From positions 94,493 through 158,492 of the forward strand of contig NW_004798404.1 in NCBI RefSeq assembly GCF_000002075.1: a stretch of 64,000 bases of DNA. Direction: 5' to 3'. The notes under the pieces are model-generated. The model saw only the letters and a list, made by a program, of their open reading frames with translations. It did no database searches and was not told the origin of the DNA. This DNA is from Aplysia californica (lineage: Eukaryota). Of the stretch, positions 50,898 to 61,680 are shown one piece after another; within the stretch, counting starts at the first letter, position 1, and every line of letters starts with the position of its first letter. Both the position numbers and the translations under genes were made by a program.

Positions 50898-50918
50898 TTT
50901 ATACGCTCAGTACAAAGG
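50898..50918 (-). promoter_or_regulatory. TATA box with CCTTTGTAC motif (GPCR2)
   Basis: Minus strand CCTTTGTACTGAGCGTATAAATCAAG ~60 nt upstream of the ATG. Confidence 0.6.
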
Positions 50919-52469
50919 AAACTAGGTCATAATCAAAGACAAAAAATGATGATGCAACAACGTTCTTTCTTTGTGTTACTGCAATTCACCCTAACATTAT
51001 AACTGCTATTTTCGAAAATAAAAATGACGATTTTTATAATTTCAATCGTAATACAAGCAGACATATGTTTTAATTAGTTACAATATCATGTCATGTAATT
51101 ATATTCTACGACTCTGGCCATTGATTCCTATTAGTTTAGTCGGTTTTGTTCAGTTATAATGAGACTCTGTGCAAACATTATTTTAACTACGAGGAAACAT
51201 TCGGCACAGAATCATAAAGATCTAATTAATGTCACAGTCATCGTAGAGACAATAATCGACTCTTAATGAGATGAGATAAGTAGTGCCTTTGTCTGTCAGA
51301 CACAAAATACAACTCTTTGTTTTGTATGGCTTCGTACCCGTGTGCTCATTGCCACAAGTGACTTTTTAAAAATTATGCAAGTTGTTATAGGTCGACTGTT
51401 CGGAAACTGCAGACAGGTGTGCCAAGTATTTTGTCAGTGAATTATAAGTCGATCCTCAGTGGTAAGGAGAAACATAGCGCAGGCTGATAATTGATTTGAG
51501 CTGCTCCCTTTTGCATTATAATTATTCCTTGCATTGGATCAGAGACTCCTGTATAGACCAACATTTTTTAAAAAATCGGGTTTTTTCGGATACCTGTTAA
51601 GTGGACCGAAACTGCATTATGTGTTAAAACGCTAAACCTGTAGGTTAAATAGAACAGAAGTTACAAAGTTCCAACAGGAGATTTTGGTGAAATTGTTTTC
51701 AACTCCCGTAAATTTTATACAGCGATGTTGTACCCTCATTGTTTACAGGAAAAGCCTGTACAGGCTTTACATAGAAATTCTGAAACCAACAAAAATCTCG
51801 CACGTTTTTTAAACCGCTACAGAGTAAGAACACATTGCATGGACATACATAATTTCTTGAATGTGATTTTCTTCAAACTTTGAAATAGAAAGTAAATGAT
51901 GTTTTTGACTCAGACACAGGAAGGACAGAGAATGGCGTAAAATTACTTGGGGACTGCGTTGCAAGATTTTCCTCAAACTTAGAACAATGTTCCAGACGGC
52001 AGTGAGACACTTTCTACACTCGCAAAGATAAAAAACCGATCATCTACCAAAGTTCAATAAGCCTGTCCAGTGGTCTCTCATTTTTGCAATTGAAAGTAAG
52101 GGCGTCCAACTCCTTGTCTTCCACCTCAACAGTATTAGAAAACACATCATCTTCTTTGCCATCTGTAGCAATGTCAATTGAGATAATATCCACAGACGCG
52201 ACTGCATTTGCACCACTTCTACCTGTGTCACTTGATGAAACCTCACCCTCAATGAATAGAATGCCACCGTTTCTTCCCTCCCATTAGGCTCTACAGCCCC
52301 AGTGGCTTCAATATTGACACCAGATAACAGTGTATCTTACAGTGATCTGACACCAGATAACAGTGTATCTTACAGTCATCTGACAACATCGGAAAGACAG
52401 CGTTAAGATCACGAGAACGTCGGTCAGAAATAATATATTGACAGTGGCCGTGTCAGAAAAGACCAAACG

Positions 52470-52820
52470 CTTTAATAATTTCAATATATTCAGAAGGGGC
52501 GGTGACTAAAAACACATTCTCCACCTGTACATTCCCTTGTACGATCCAGGCTTGACAATGACTGTCAAGTCTATGGATCGGCAAAACCACACATCCTAAA
52601 AATGCTAGACCCAGTACAAAGTGAAGGACTCCGCCTAGTCCTGTGGGGCTTTCCGCACTTCTCCCGTGGAGAGCCTCCAGGCCGAGGAAAACATACCATC
52701 ACTTACACTCAGACGCACACAACTCTCACTACAATACGCAATTAAACAGACCTCAACACCAGAGAACCCAACACACGACTGCATTTTCAGAACACACCCA
52801 GACACCATAAACAAAATTCC
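52470..52820 (+). mobile_element. I/Nimb-type LINE fragment (post-RT region)
   Basis: SLVRSRLD..CQVYGSAKPHILKMLDPVQSEGLRL...AFRTSPVESLQAEENIPSLTLRRTQLSLQY. Confidence 0.75.
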
Positions 52821-52860
52821 CTATAGTGTTAGGGAGCATAAGGCTAGAATGCAAGATGAT

Positions 52861-53293
52861 ATGTGAGGCAGCGCGGTGAAATCAGGCTCTCGTCAATTTT
52901 TGGGCATGTAGAGTTATTGTTATCATCTTAAAGCTTATTCACTTGTCTTTATTTGGACCAAATAAAATATTCCTTTATCTTGAATACAAGTCGAGATATT
53001 GCGAAAGAAGAAGGTGTTGGTCACCTGTTCTCAGAGGTAAAATTAGTGAGAAAATGGCCGCCAAAGACTAGTTATTTCCTTAGCTTGAGAGTCCGTGGTA
53101 ACTGAAAATTTACATTTTTGTGCCTTTAATCAACGTTTTTCTGAAAAATCCACACAGAAATGAGTCCTCTAATGGGCATGAAAGCCAAAAAACAAAAATT
53201 TGATAAAAATTCACAAACCTGCAAAAAAAAAAAGCAAGTTTCTTCACTTTGATTGTTTTGACGAGAGCCTGATTCCACCACGATGCCTCACAT
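52861..53293. mobile_element. MITE family A, young copy
   Basis: ATGTGAGGCAGCGCGGTGAAATCAGGCTCTCGTCAA ... TTGACGAGAGCCTGATTCCACCACGATGCCTCACAT. Confidence 0.85.
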
Positions 53294-54260
53294 ATGGTAT
53301 CTGAGAAATCGTGTACGTATGAACTTTACTTATAGTTTATGGTGATTTATTACGCATTTATCAATCTGAATGCGAAAAACGATCTATGAAGCTTAAAAAC
53401 TTCTTCGCCACTGGTTTTATTTGTTAATGGAAAATTTTCTCCACATTATAGAACATGCTCTTTAATAACATTATCTAATTCATTTGTCCACCTCCCCCCC
53501 TCCCCTACTACAATGTTTTAGAGTGCCTTAAGTTACAATCGCTTTATTGCTTTGTTGTTTTTTTTGGGGGTTAAACTATGTAAATACATGTGTCGTCTTA
53601 TTTTAACTTTTGAATTGTTCATGCTCATTAAAAACATAAACACAATGTTTCTTCACTTTATTTTCAGAATTGTAACTCCGACTTGCAAGAAAAAAGGTTA
53701 TAGATTCTTCTCCACATTATTTGGGCTATCCAAGGCTGTGTCCGTCTCTAAAGTCACCCACAAACCTGATCCTACATACGTCCCTACATGCAACGGGACA
53801 TTTCGCTACTTCAGAATTACATATTTTCTGATATTTTGGCCGTTTTGAGTTACTAGCATTAAGACCATCAGATAAAAAAACGAATGTTCTATCTACTCTA
53901 TCAAAATCGTTAGATTATTGGGAGCTGCTACCAATCTATTCAAAGAATTGCATTTAAATAAGCTTGATGTGATGTGAAACTCAACATTTTTATTCTTCAA
54001 ATTTCTCAAGTCTACGTACCGAGAAGATAGAAGTTTGTAATTATAAGGTCTCTATTTGTCAGATTCTCCATGCCGCCCCCTACAGAGAAGAGGCCACGAT
54101 AGTATTGTGTGACATTCTACATTTCTCTCCGTAAAGACAATAGGGCATCTGTTATACTTTCCATTTCTCTTCCCACATATAACAAGAAATCTTACAACAT
54201 TCTCCAGGTTTGCTATGTGCATTGGGTGCATCTGACTGGGGTCCGAATGAGCGGAGACAT

Positions 54261-54500
54261 ATGTGAGGCGTGCTGACAAAATGAGTTACTTCTTGCAATC
54301 CAAGAATGAAGATATTAGCCAAAAATCGACACTTGGGTCAAATTAATAGATTTTCAATTGACGCCATTTTGTTCAAGTCTACCGTGTCTTTTGTTATTCC
54401 ATACTTACAATTGTACAAACTTCACCTATAAAGTTGTTGTTTTAATTTCCATGAGGCTCTAAATGTGAGAAGTAACTCATTTTGTCAGCACGCCTCACAT
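54261..54500. mobile_element. 240-bp MITE family B with perfect TIRs
   Basis: ATGTGAGGCGTGCTGACAAAATGAGTTACTTCT ... AGAAGTAACTCATTTTGTCAGCACGCCTCACAT. Second degenerate copy at ~57116-57360. Confidence 0.85.
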
Positions 54501-54504
54501 ATCA

Positions 54505-54985
54505 TAGACAGTTCAAAGGGAAGTTTGAATTATGTGCAACTACACCTTAATGGAAATTCATTCGGGTCCGTTCCTATTGGCTACTCGGGTGAGCTAAAAG
54601 AAGAATACAGGTACACAAAAAGTGTTGGGTAGATTTAAATACCCGAACCACAATTAAAGGATTTGTATTGATCTGAAAATATTCAACTCCTTACTTAACC
54701 AACAGAGTGTTTATACAATGTATACACGATCTCTTTGTCCGAGAGATAGTCAAAGGAAAAATAATGTTAAAAAATTGACCAGTAAGGACAGCTCTAACAG
54801 CAGTTGGAGGGAAGATTGTCATCAAAGAACCACTTTTGTTGAACGGGGAAAATGATCTTTCCTCCCTTTAAAATCAAATTAGTGTAGATGGAATTTGTGA
54901 AAGCCCTGGACTTTGGAATGAGGGGTGGGGTTCAAGAATATGTGTACATAATATGTCAGACCTAATGCACTCCAGACAATCCTGC
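54505..54985 (+). mobile_element. Chapaev3-like transposase fossil (paralogous to 22340-23060)
   Basis: DSSKGSLNYVQLHLNGNSFGSVPIGYSGELKEEY..ICIDLK, plus DNA similarity to 22340-22510 (GAACCACTT..TTTCCTCCCC..GAAAGCCCTGGACTTTGGAA). Confidence 0.65.
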
Positions 54986-55009
54986 TAGAACGCTCCTGTC
55001 ACGATGATA

Positions 55010-55336
55010 TTATGTGGTTAGGCTCTGGGACTCACAACCGTAAGGTCGTGTGTTGGAATCTTGTCCTTGACCCGACGTTGTGTCCATGGGAAAGGCACTT
55101 AACATAAATTTTCCTCACTTCACTCAGGTGGGAATGGGTACCCAGCTATAGACAGCGAAAGATCTTGTCAGTTTGTTAGTGTTTGAGCGCTTAATCAGCT
55201 GCTTGCACTGTATGCTTCCCGGGAAGCTGAAAATGTTTCGGAGTGTTCTATGGTCTGCTGGGGTGATAATATTGTGTAAAGCGAATAGAGCCTGCTGTTG
55301 AGCGGGGATATGTGCTATACAAATGCTATTTATTAC

Positions 55337-55394
<58 letters not shown>
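55010..55394 (+). mobile_element. tRNA-head SINE with conserved core and (ATT)n tail
   Basis: GTGGTTAGG head, GTTGTGTCCATGGGAAAGGCACTT core, tail GCTATACAAATGCTATT(ATT)n. Body fragment also at ~12198-12284. Confidence 0.7.
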
Positions 55395-55745
55395 TAATAC
55401 GTTCCCCCCAACTTTTGTACACACTCATTTATTTCTAAATGTTGTAGGCTACCCATTACTACTGTGAGATTGAGGATTGGCATGATTTATACAAATGAAA
55501 AGAAAACGTTTTGGTGTCTCACTTTTCGTTGTTTTTTTTTCGTTCCTCTGAATACGATTGACATTTGTTATTATTATAACTAATTCAATTTTGTAAAAAG
55601 CACACATAGTGGTTATGCCATAAAACAAAAGATTGACGTGATTGAGCAAAACTCATGTCAGTTTTCGTTACCCAGTGTTATCTGACCTGATCTTAAAAGT
55701 ATTGCTATTTCTTCGTTCATGATCAAAATGAACATATCTTTCCGT

Positions 55746-56578
55746 TTAGGTGAAAAGTAATTTTTCTTGTTTGTTCAAGAATGTTTTCATAAACACTGCT
55801 CGGTATTTTGAACTCATTTTCAGATACACAAAGATGTTCACGCTGGAGTTGACTGTTTCTGTTAGATATGATGAAGACCAAACGGCAAGATAGAGATTTC
55901 GATAGACACCATCAATACGGAAATCTTGGTCAAACAACATATAGAAAAATAGGAGCGATGGAGGTACGGCACAGACGATGAAAATGACAGCGATGAGAGT
56001 CACCATCTTGACAACCTTCCGGTCTTTGACCCCAACTCCTTCCGCTGCACGATCAGACTTGGCTGCAGTGGCCTGCCGCCATTTTATTTTACTGCTGAGT
56101 TTGATGACAATAACGACAGTGCAACAGAAGACGAATATGAAAGGAAATGTCGTAGCAAATACGCCTTGGGTTAAATTCGTAATGGCTTCTAGCATTTTTC
56201 TCTCGGCTGTGTAGGTCGTTTTTAGAACCGTAGCATTCCTGGTGAAATCAAAAACCCATTCAAGTCTGTTTCCAAGGCAGAACAGGATAAGCAAAACAAC
56301 CATGGCAACGTAGATAGAGATAATAATTGTCTTTGTCCTTTCCGGTGTGATGATCGTCTTCACCTTCAGAGGGACAGCGATACACAGACATCGTTCAAAG
56401 GTGATGAAGGCGGTGATAAATGTGGCAATTTTGATAAAGAGGTAATGAGGCGCAGATCCCGTGAGGTACTAGATATCCCTGGGGTCAAAACGCAAATCAG
56501 AGAGGTAGAAAAGCGGGTTCATGCATATACTTATCCATATCATGGTCAGCAGGGAGCACAGGTCAGACACAGCCAGCC
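55746..56578 (-). pseudogene. Chemosensory-type GPCR 3, exon 2, with a single in-frame TAG (56469-56471)
   Basis: Acceptor TCATTCCAG|GG. Reads LAVSDLCSLLTMIWISICMNPLFYLSDLRFDPRDI*YLTGSAPHYLFIKIATFITAFITFERC... with no other lesion to TAA at 55746. Confidence 0.85.
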
Positions 56579-58119
56579 CTGGAATGACAAACAGTTTATG
56601 AGGTGGGACAATGCAACAATACATTATTTATTATGTACTTAGAAGCTATTGGAGGTCATTTCTGAATCTGTTATTAATACTTTGTCTTCAACCTATCTGA
56701 TGCTGTTAATATTTCGGCCTTTCTCTTTAAAACCTGACCATTTTTCTTTATTTCTAATGATTTTTTTTACAGAATGTGTTAAAGAGGTCTGGTGACACAA
56801 TACATCCTTGCCTCACTCCTCTTTCTATCTGATTATATTCGTTGTATTCTTCATTAATTCTTACAGCAATGTTTTGGTCCTAATACAAATTCCTGATAAT
56901 TCTTTGATCTTTACTATCTATATCTAGCTCTTTTAATGTCTTAAATAACTCATTACGTCTGACTTTATGACAAGCCTTTGTATAATCTGTGAAGCATAGA
57001 CGGATCTACACATCGTTCTGTGCTTCAATACGAATTTTCATTAACATTGTTAAGGTGAATATATGGCATTTCTGGTGCCCTTCTCAGGTATAAATCTAAA
57101 TTATGTTTTAGATATACGTGAAACGTGCTGACAATACAATTACTTCTTGGATTCGAGCCATATGGAAATAGATACACCACGCTTATAAGTTTCTAAAGAT
57201 ACATAAGTAAGAAATAATAACAGGCATATTATTTATTACACTTAAAGAATATGGCATCAATAGAAAATCTACAATTTGACTCAAGTGTTGAATTTTTTTT
57301 TCTCCAATATCTCTTTTGTGGATTGCGAGAAGCAACTCATTTTGTCAGCTCGCCTCACATATCTTTTTTTTCAGATAGGTGTTTTACGGCGTGCACAACT
57401 GCAGGACACATCAAACCTTGTTTTTAGTTGGTAGGAAATTTTGGCCGAAACCTACTCTTACTGATTTTAGACCACCAAGCGTTCTTTAAAGTGCGCAACT
57501 TGCACACAGGCCCTCCGAGATTTTTCGCACTTGTCCGAGAAGGCTAGGTGTAGATCTTTTCTACCAGAAGATCAGGGGTATGGCGGAAAGACGGCAGTAA
57601 GAATGAGCCAAGGAGTAGCAGTAGAAAGGCTGCAAAAAGAGTCAGGAGCCCAAAGGAGGGGGCAAAGGAGGTGAGGGGGTGGGGGCAGAAAGAGGAGACA
57701 AAAGCAGACGACAGAACATTGCTAGAGAGCAGGAAATAAGGTGAAAACAGACAATTTTAGAGAAGAAAATTTTTCGGTCTCAGCCCGGATTCAAACCTGT
57801 ACTGGGACCTTTGAATGAGAGGTCAACACCTGAACCTCTAGGCCAACAGAGCAAGTTTGTTGTTTTGTGTTTAAACACCATAATATCCTGAAGTCAAATT
57901 ACACGCCCTTTAATTCCTTATTACTTTTTTGGTAACCCGCTTTTGTGGTGCAGTGGTTAGACGTTGTGCTGTCGCACGTAGAAGATACGAGATTGATTCA
58001 AGAGTGGGAACGATTTTTAAAAAAATCAAATATATTCGTCTTCTCGACGCTGTATCCTTTTCAGCCAGGGTTGCCCTACAGAAGCAGGGCCGTAGGGACC
58101 CGCCTCCTAAGTAACCTAG

Positions 58120-59080
58120 ATGCCAGGCATCGTTGTGAAATCAGGTGCCGGCAAAGTAATGATATAGAAAAAAACGAGCATTTTTCTGTCCGTTTAGCAA
58201 ATTCTATATATTTTTGTGTTTGTTTTTTTACTCAACGCCTTTAACCCACTTAAGCATATTCCCGAGTATAAAGGGGACACGCGGCCGGCCTGGTGTTCTA
58301 TTCTGTGTATTTGCGGAATGGACTTTATCGAACAATGTTTCTGTTGTTTTTCGGTTACAAGCTACAGGAAGCGCCGAACCAACAGTCGACCCACTAGTTT
58401 CGTTTCGTTAAAGATTTGATTAGGTTATATATGTGTGATACTTTTTTGAGCAGTTATGAACTAAGTTAGTCGCCCTCGTATTACGAAAGATGATTTTGTT
58501 GCAAATTGGACACACACAAAAAAAAATAATTTAAAAATGCGTAACCCCCAGACATTTCAAAATAATGATACAATAAAGACAATTGGGACAAATCAGATGC
58601 AGTTTTCTTTTTCTGTTAGAGCATTTCTTTCTTTCTTTTCTTGCAATAAAAATGATAGCTTTCTCAGTCTTTTTATGCTTATCAATTCAATATAAAAAAA
58701 AGAAACAAGCGTCAGGCTGCAATTGTTTTTGGGTGAAAAAAAGTTCAGGCTCAAGTGACTGAAGGTCTATTTAAAAACACATTTCTGTGTGGATTATACA
58801 GAAGAATGTTGATTTAAGGTATAACATTGTAAATTTGCAGCTTCTAAGGACTCTCAAGCTTAGGAATTCGCTAAACTTTGGCGACCATTTTTTCACTAAT
58901 TTTACCTCTGAAACCAGACGGTCCTGCCCTCATTTAATTTCAAATATTTTGACTTCTATTCAGCTTAGATGGATATTTTTCTCACAAAAAGAAAGGCAAA
59001 TAAACAGGCTTTAAGGTGATACCAATAACGATATATGTCCAAAAATTTACGAGCCCCTGATTCCACAACGTTGTGACTCA
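58120..59080. mobile_element. MITE family A copy interrupted by a ~500-bp insertion
   Basis: Left arm GTGAAATCAGGTGCCGGCAAA near 58135; body resumes at ~58770; ends ACGAGCCCCTGATTCCACAACGTTGTGACTCA. Confidence 0.55.
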
Positions 59081-60096
59081 AATAATGGCGATGACGGCGT
59101 AAAGTATTTACAATTATATTTCTTTTTTTGTGTGACTTTTTGAAACATGATGCGTATTTCGTCATAAATCCCATTGAATATTCTCTGTTAGGACAGAGTT
59201 GACGTTTATAATAAAAACTGAGAAATGGAGATACCTACAGTACCACGGGTTCTTTTTGTTAGAAATGTTTTGAAAAGGATTATTTATCGCGTTCTGCTCA
59301 CTTGGTCTTTCAGAAAAGTCTTGGATTAGCGATTTGGGTCACTCAGTGTCATATTTTCCTGTTAGAATGCAGTAGTAGCCCTTTTAACGTTTAGACAAAG
59401 GCGTGAATTGGCGGATTTCATAATAATAAATAGGGAAAATCGGGAACCTAAATTGCTCATGAAAAAATGGCATACTTCATTCGCCTGTAGTAAGCTACAT
59501 CGGTGGAAAAAGTATCGTCGGCGAGTTATTTAGATGTACCAAGTCCACTTTAAAAATATTTTTTTTTTCACATTCCATTTTCTTATTCTGTGCAATCGGC
59601 AGCTTGCGCACAAGAAATATTTAGTTGAAATCCAAATTGTAAATGTTGAAAGCTTTTTGATAAAGGCACATAGACGTACACGTACATTTTTTAATTGGAA
59701 CAGTTTTTTCACTCTCGTCTGTGAAATAAGTTTTTAAAATGATTCCTGGTCTTACAACTGTTGAAAAGATTGTTGAAGGTACAATGAATGTGATGGGTGC
59801 TATATTTCATCATTATTCAATCATTTGTGAGGGTTATATTCTTTTCCATGACTGTTGTAAAAGCACAGTAGTTGTCAGTAACTGTAGATGAGATACTTGC
59901 CATCTTACGTATGTGGGTTATGTTCTATTCCAGTAGTGTAAAATAGTCACATAATTAGCTGTAAGCAANNNNNNNNNNNNNNNNNNNNNNNNNNNNNNNN
60001 NNNNNNNNNNNNNNNNNNNNNNNNNNNNNNNNNNNNNNNNNNNNNNNNNNNNNNNNNNNNNNNNNNNNATTGTCGGTGTGATAATTGCCATCTCAC

Positions 60097-60385
60097 CCAT
60101 GAGGCTGATGTTCATGCTGTCCTGAAAGCCTTGCTTGGCAAACACCACAATATTGATGATGTTGGAGGCCACGCCGAACAGACTGAGGAGACCAGAGATG
60201 ACCACCAAGTTGACCACTTGGACAATGTACCACTGCTCGTCGCTAACGATTTTTACATAATGTAACTCAAGTGATGAGGTCGTTCTTGCCAAATTAACGC
60301 TCTCATTGCGGGAATAAGTTGAATTCGTCACCCACAATAATAAATTTGAAATCGGCATTCTGGGTGGGAGAGATGTGTGGGACAT
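60097..60385 (-). CDS. Chemosensory-type GPCR 3, exon 1 (open)
   Basis: ATG at 60385 (MSHTSLPPRMPISNLLLWVTNSTYSRNES...), donor ATG G|GTGAGAT, 289 nt. Confidence 0.85.
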
Positions 60386-60427
60386 CGACAACAAAGTTAC
60401 TATAGCGCTAAGCCCCTCTCCTGTTTC

Positions 60428-60640
60428 AGACAAAAATCTTGATTTATAAGCTCAGTACAAAGGCTTAACCAAAGACAAAAATCTTGATTTATAAACTCTA
60501 AACTATAAGTACAAAGGCTTAATCAAAGACAAAAATCTTGATTTATAAACTCTAAACTATAAGTACAAAGGCTTAATCAAAGACAAAAATCTTGATTTAT
60601 AAACTCTAAACTATAAGTACAAAGGCTTAATCAAGGACAA
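60428..60640 (-). promoter_or_regulatory. GPCR3 core promoter with 54-bp tandem repeat (3 full units + proximal shorter unit), each with TATAAA and CCTTTGTAC
   Basis: Unit CAAAGACAAAAATCTTGATTTATAAACTCTAAACTATAAGTACAAAGGCTTAAT starts at 60470, 60524 and 60578. Proximal TATA at 60443-60448. Confidence 0.75.
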
Positions 60641-61289
60641 AAAGCACAATAGTTAAACATCGTTCTTGCCTTGTGTTCATGGAAAGTTCTTAAACATTGT
60701 AACAGCTATTTAAGTACAGATGACGATTGTACTACTAACGTTGTATCACAAGAATTCATTAATTGTTGTAATAGCATCTATGTTATATAATTAGATTGAA
60801 TGAGATTGGCAATTTTCCCCCTTTAGCGCATTTGAAATTGTTTTTAAAAAAGCTGAGCGTCAGAGCTGAAAGTCTATTGCAACGATTATTTTTAACCATT
60901 TGAGAAAACATTCGGCACAGAATTTAAAATATCCAAAGCCACAGATATACTGAATGACAGCAATGAAAGTCTATTACAACGATTATTTTAACTAAAAGTA
61001 AACATTCGGCACGTAATTATAAAGATATACATGTCACAGTCCAATAAGTGCCAATATCGACCCTCAAAATGGGTAAACGGTTTCGTTTATCAGACTCAAA
61101 ATACAACTCTTTGTGGCGTCTGGTTATGTCCCCATGGGTTCATTACCGTAGCTGTTTTTTATTTTTTAAATGTAGAGTATGGTTGACTTTTAGAAACTCG
61201 TAGTCGGGTGCGCTAAATGGTTTGTCAATAAGTCGACCCACATTAGTGCATTTTATAGTGAATTATTTGAGATCCCCTTATCATTATAT

Positions 61290-61680
61290 TTCTTCTTACT
61301 CTCACCTTATACCGTCAGGTACATAAGGCAGAAAGAAGTCGACACCTAGTTGCTTGTCCCAGGCCATCTTCTTCAATCTCGGAACATCCATTCCCTGAGT
61401 GATTGCCTTATCCCTAATTACGCCTCTGTTGCTTCCAGTTGGTTTACCTCTTGTTGCTTTTCCAGTAGGTCTCCAATACCATGCCTGATAGGACAGTCTT
61501 GTCTTCGGCATTCTTAGAACACGTCCTAAATATCTCCATCTTCTACTTTTTATGACCATGTTGGTATCTTCGATTCCAGCTATTTCCAACACTTCATTAT
61601 TTGTAATAAATTAATTCCATTTTATTAGTGAAATTCTTCATAAACGTTTGGATTGGAAGCTTTTGATCTAAGCTTGATTG
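61290..61680 (-). mobile_element. RTE-clade LINE 3' end
   Basis: IKSRRWRYLGRVLRMPKTRL..QAWYWRPTGKATRGKP is a typical RTE C-terminus. Confidence 0.75.
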
